This document shows positions 62,915 to 63,859 of a stretch of 63,859 bases of DNA, piece after piece. Below the pieces are notes generated by a model, which saw only the letters and a program-made list of their open reading frames with translations, searched no databases and was not told the DNA's origin. A program made the position numbers and the translations under genes. The stretch is from assembly GCA_977030845.1 (NCBI GenBank), contig CDRPQX010000016.1, forward strand, positions 496,142 to 560,000, given 5' to 3'. Within the stretch, counting starts at the first letter, position 1, and each line of letters opens with the position of its first letter. The DNA is from Fimbriosthenelais zetlandica. Taxonomy: Eukaryota.

Positions 62915-62970
62915 CCGCTAGACGGCGCCACCACACGCTAGACGGCGCTACTAACACCACCAGGCGGCGC
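62915..62970 (+). promoter_or_regulatory. Three CTCF-consensus-like motifs immediately after the EF-hand stop codon
   Basis: CCGCTAGACGGCGC 62915, ACGCTAGACGGCGC 62935, CCACCAGGCGGCGC 62957; motif match only. Confidence 0.3.
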
Positions 62971-63209
62971 CACCACGTTACGTCATTATATGTCACTAGG
63001 TGACGTCACCAGTACGTCATCAGTACGTCATGACGTCAGTATTGTGATGCTGTACAGACTTTATAAAGATAAAAGGCTTTATAAACATAACCAGGAGCTA
63101 CAAGGCTTTATATAAAGCAGGCGATAACAAGAAACCATCTACAAGCTTCAACAATACACCTCAACACACATTCACCCACACTCCTCCAGGAGTTCCTCAC
63201 TGGTCGCCA

Positions 63210-63311
63210 TGTGACGCATGGCTCTCCATGGTGACGCATGGCTCTCCATGGTGACGCATGACTCTCCATGGTGACGCATGGCTCTCCATGGTGACGCATG
63301 GCTCTCCATGG
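63210..63311. repeat. 20-bp repeat (gtgacgcatggctctccatg), about 5 units
   Basis: Direct reading. Confidence 0.9.
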
Positions 63312-63859
63312 TTACGGCTTTATTTCCATCTATTGTAAACTTGATCTGTTTCTGTGTTTTGTGGACTGCTGACTGCAGTTACAACTTCACTCATTCCTTC
63401 ATTTCATAAATCAACGTGTTGTCAACTTCTTATAAAATACTGACGATTCTTTTACAGTGTATTGCTACAGAAATATGTTGAACTTCTTATCTCTATTTAT
63501 GGAAAATTGTTGTGTTTTGGTGTTCTGTTAATTTAGCGTCCACTGGCATATAGCAGTTTAAATGTCAGTAATTGTTATCTGTGAGTAACTGGTATCTGTC
63601 AGCTTCTGTTATCTGTCAGTTACTGTTATTTGACAGCAGGTGTTGTCAGTGAATGTTTTAGATTCTGTTTCTTTAAGTCTTGTTAATCTTATCAGAGCCG
63701 GTACCAGAGTAAGAAACAACAAACATGGCGAATATTAACAAATATGGAATTTATTAACAAACAGAAAGTATATACACAAACGTGGAGTATTATAAAAGGT
63801 TAAGCTTTAAATTCACGCCAAGAACAAAGCATTAACATCGATATCACCATAGAAACACA

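Overview
Eukaryotic (metazoan, probably lophotrochozoan invertebrate) genomic DNA with GT-AG introns, many mini/microsatellites and one 133-N assembly gap; no prokaryotic features or CRISPR arrays. Genes reconstructed by hand: two tandem 7-exon PLP-dependent threonine dehydratase/serine racemase-family paralogs (11420-14166, 15202-18552, +); a possible 68-aa orphan gene (24774-28928, +); a 9-exon secreted FAD-linked oxidase of the GULO/ALO family (36042-32137, -); an intronless class A GPCR (37869-36559, -); a 2-exon mGluR-like class C GPCR (40762-44105, +); and an EF-hand locus (45754-62910, +). The standout is the EF-hand locus: five dispersed ATG-initiated exons each encode a different EF-hand 1 and all end in a phase-0 donor, but only one set of downstream exons (EF-hands 2-4) is visible, i.e. 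a variable-first-exon/constant-exon architecture like protocadherin or UGT1A clusters. A second theme is tandem repeats built from the genes' own splice donors, acceptors and stop/poly(A) regions. All coordinates were counted manually and no searches were run.
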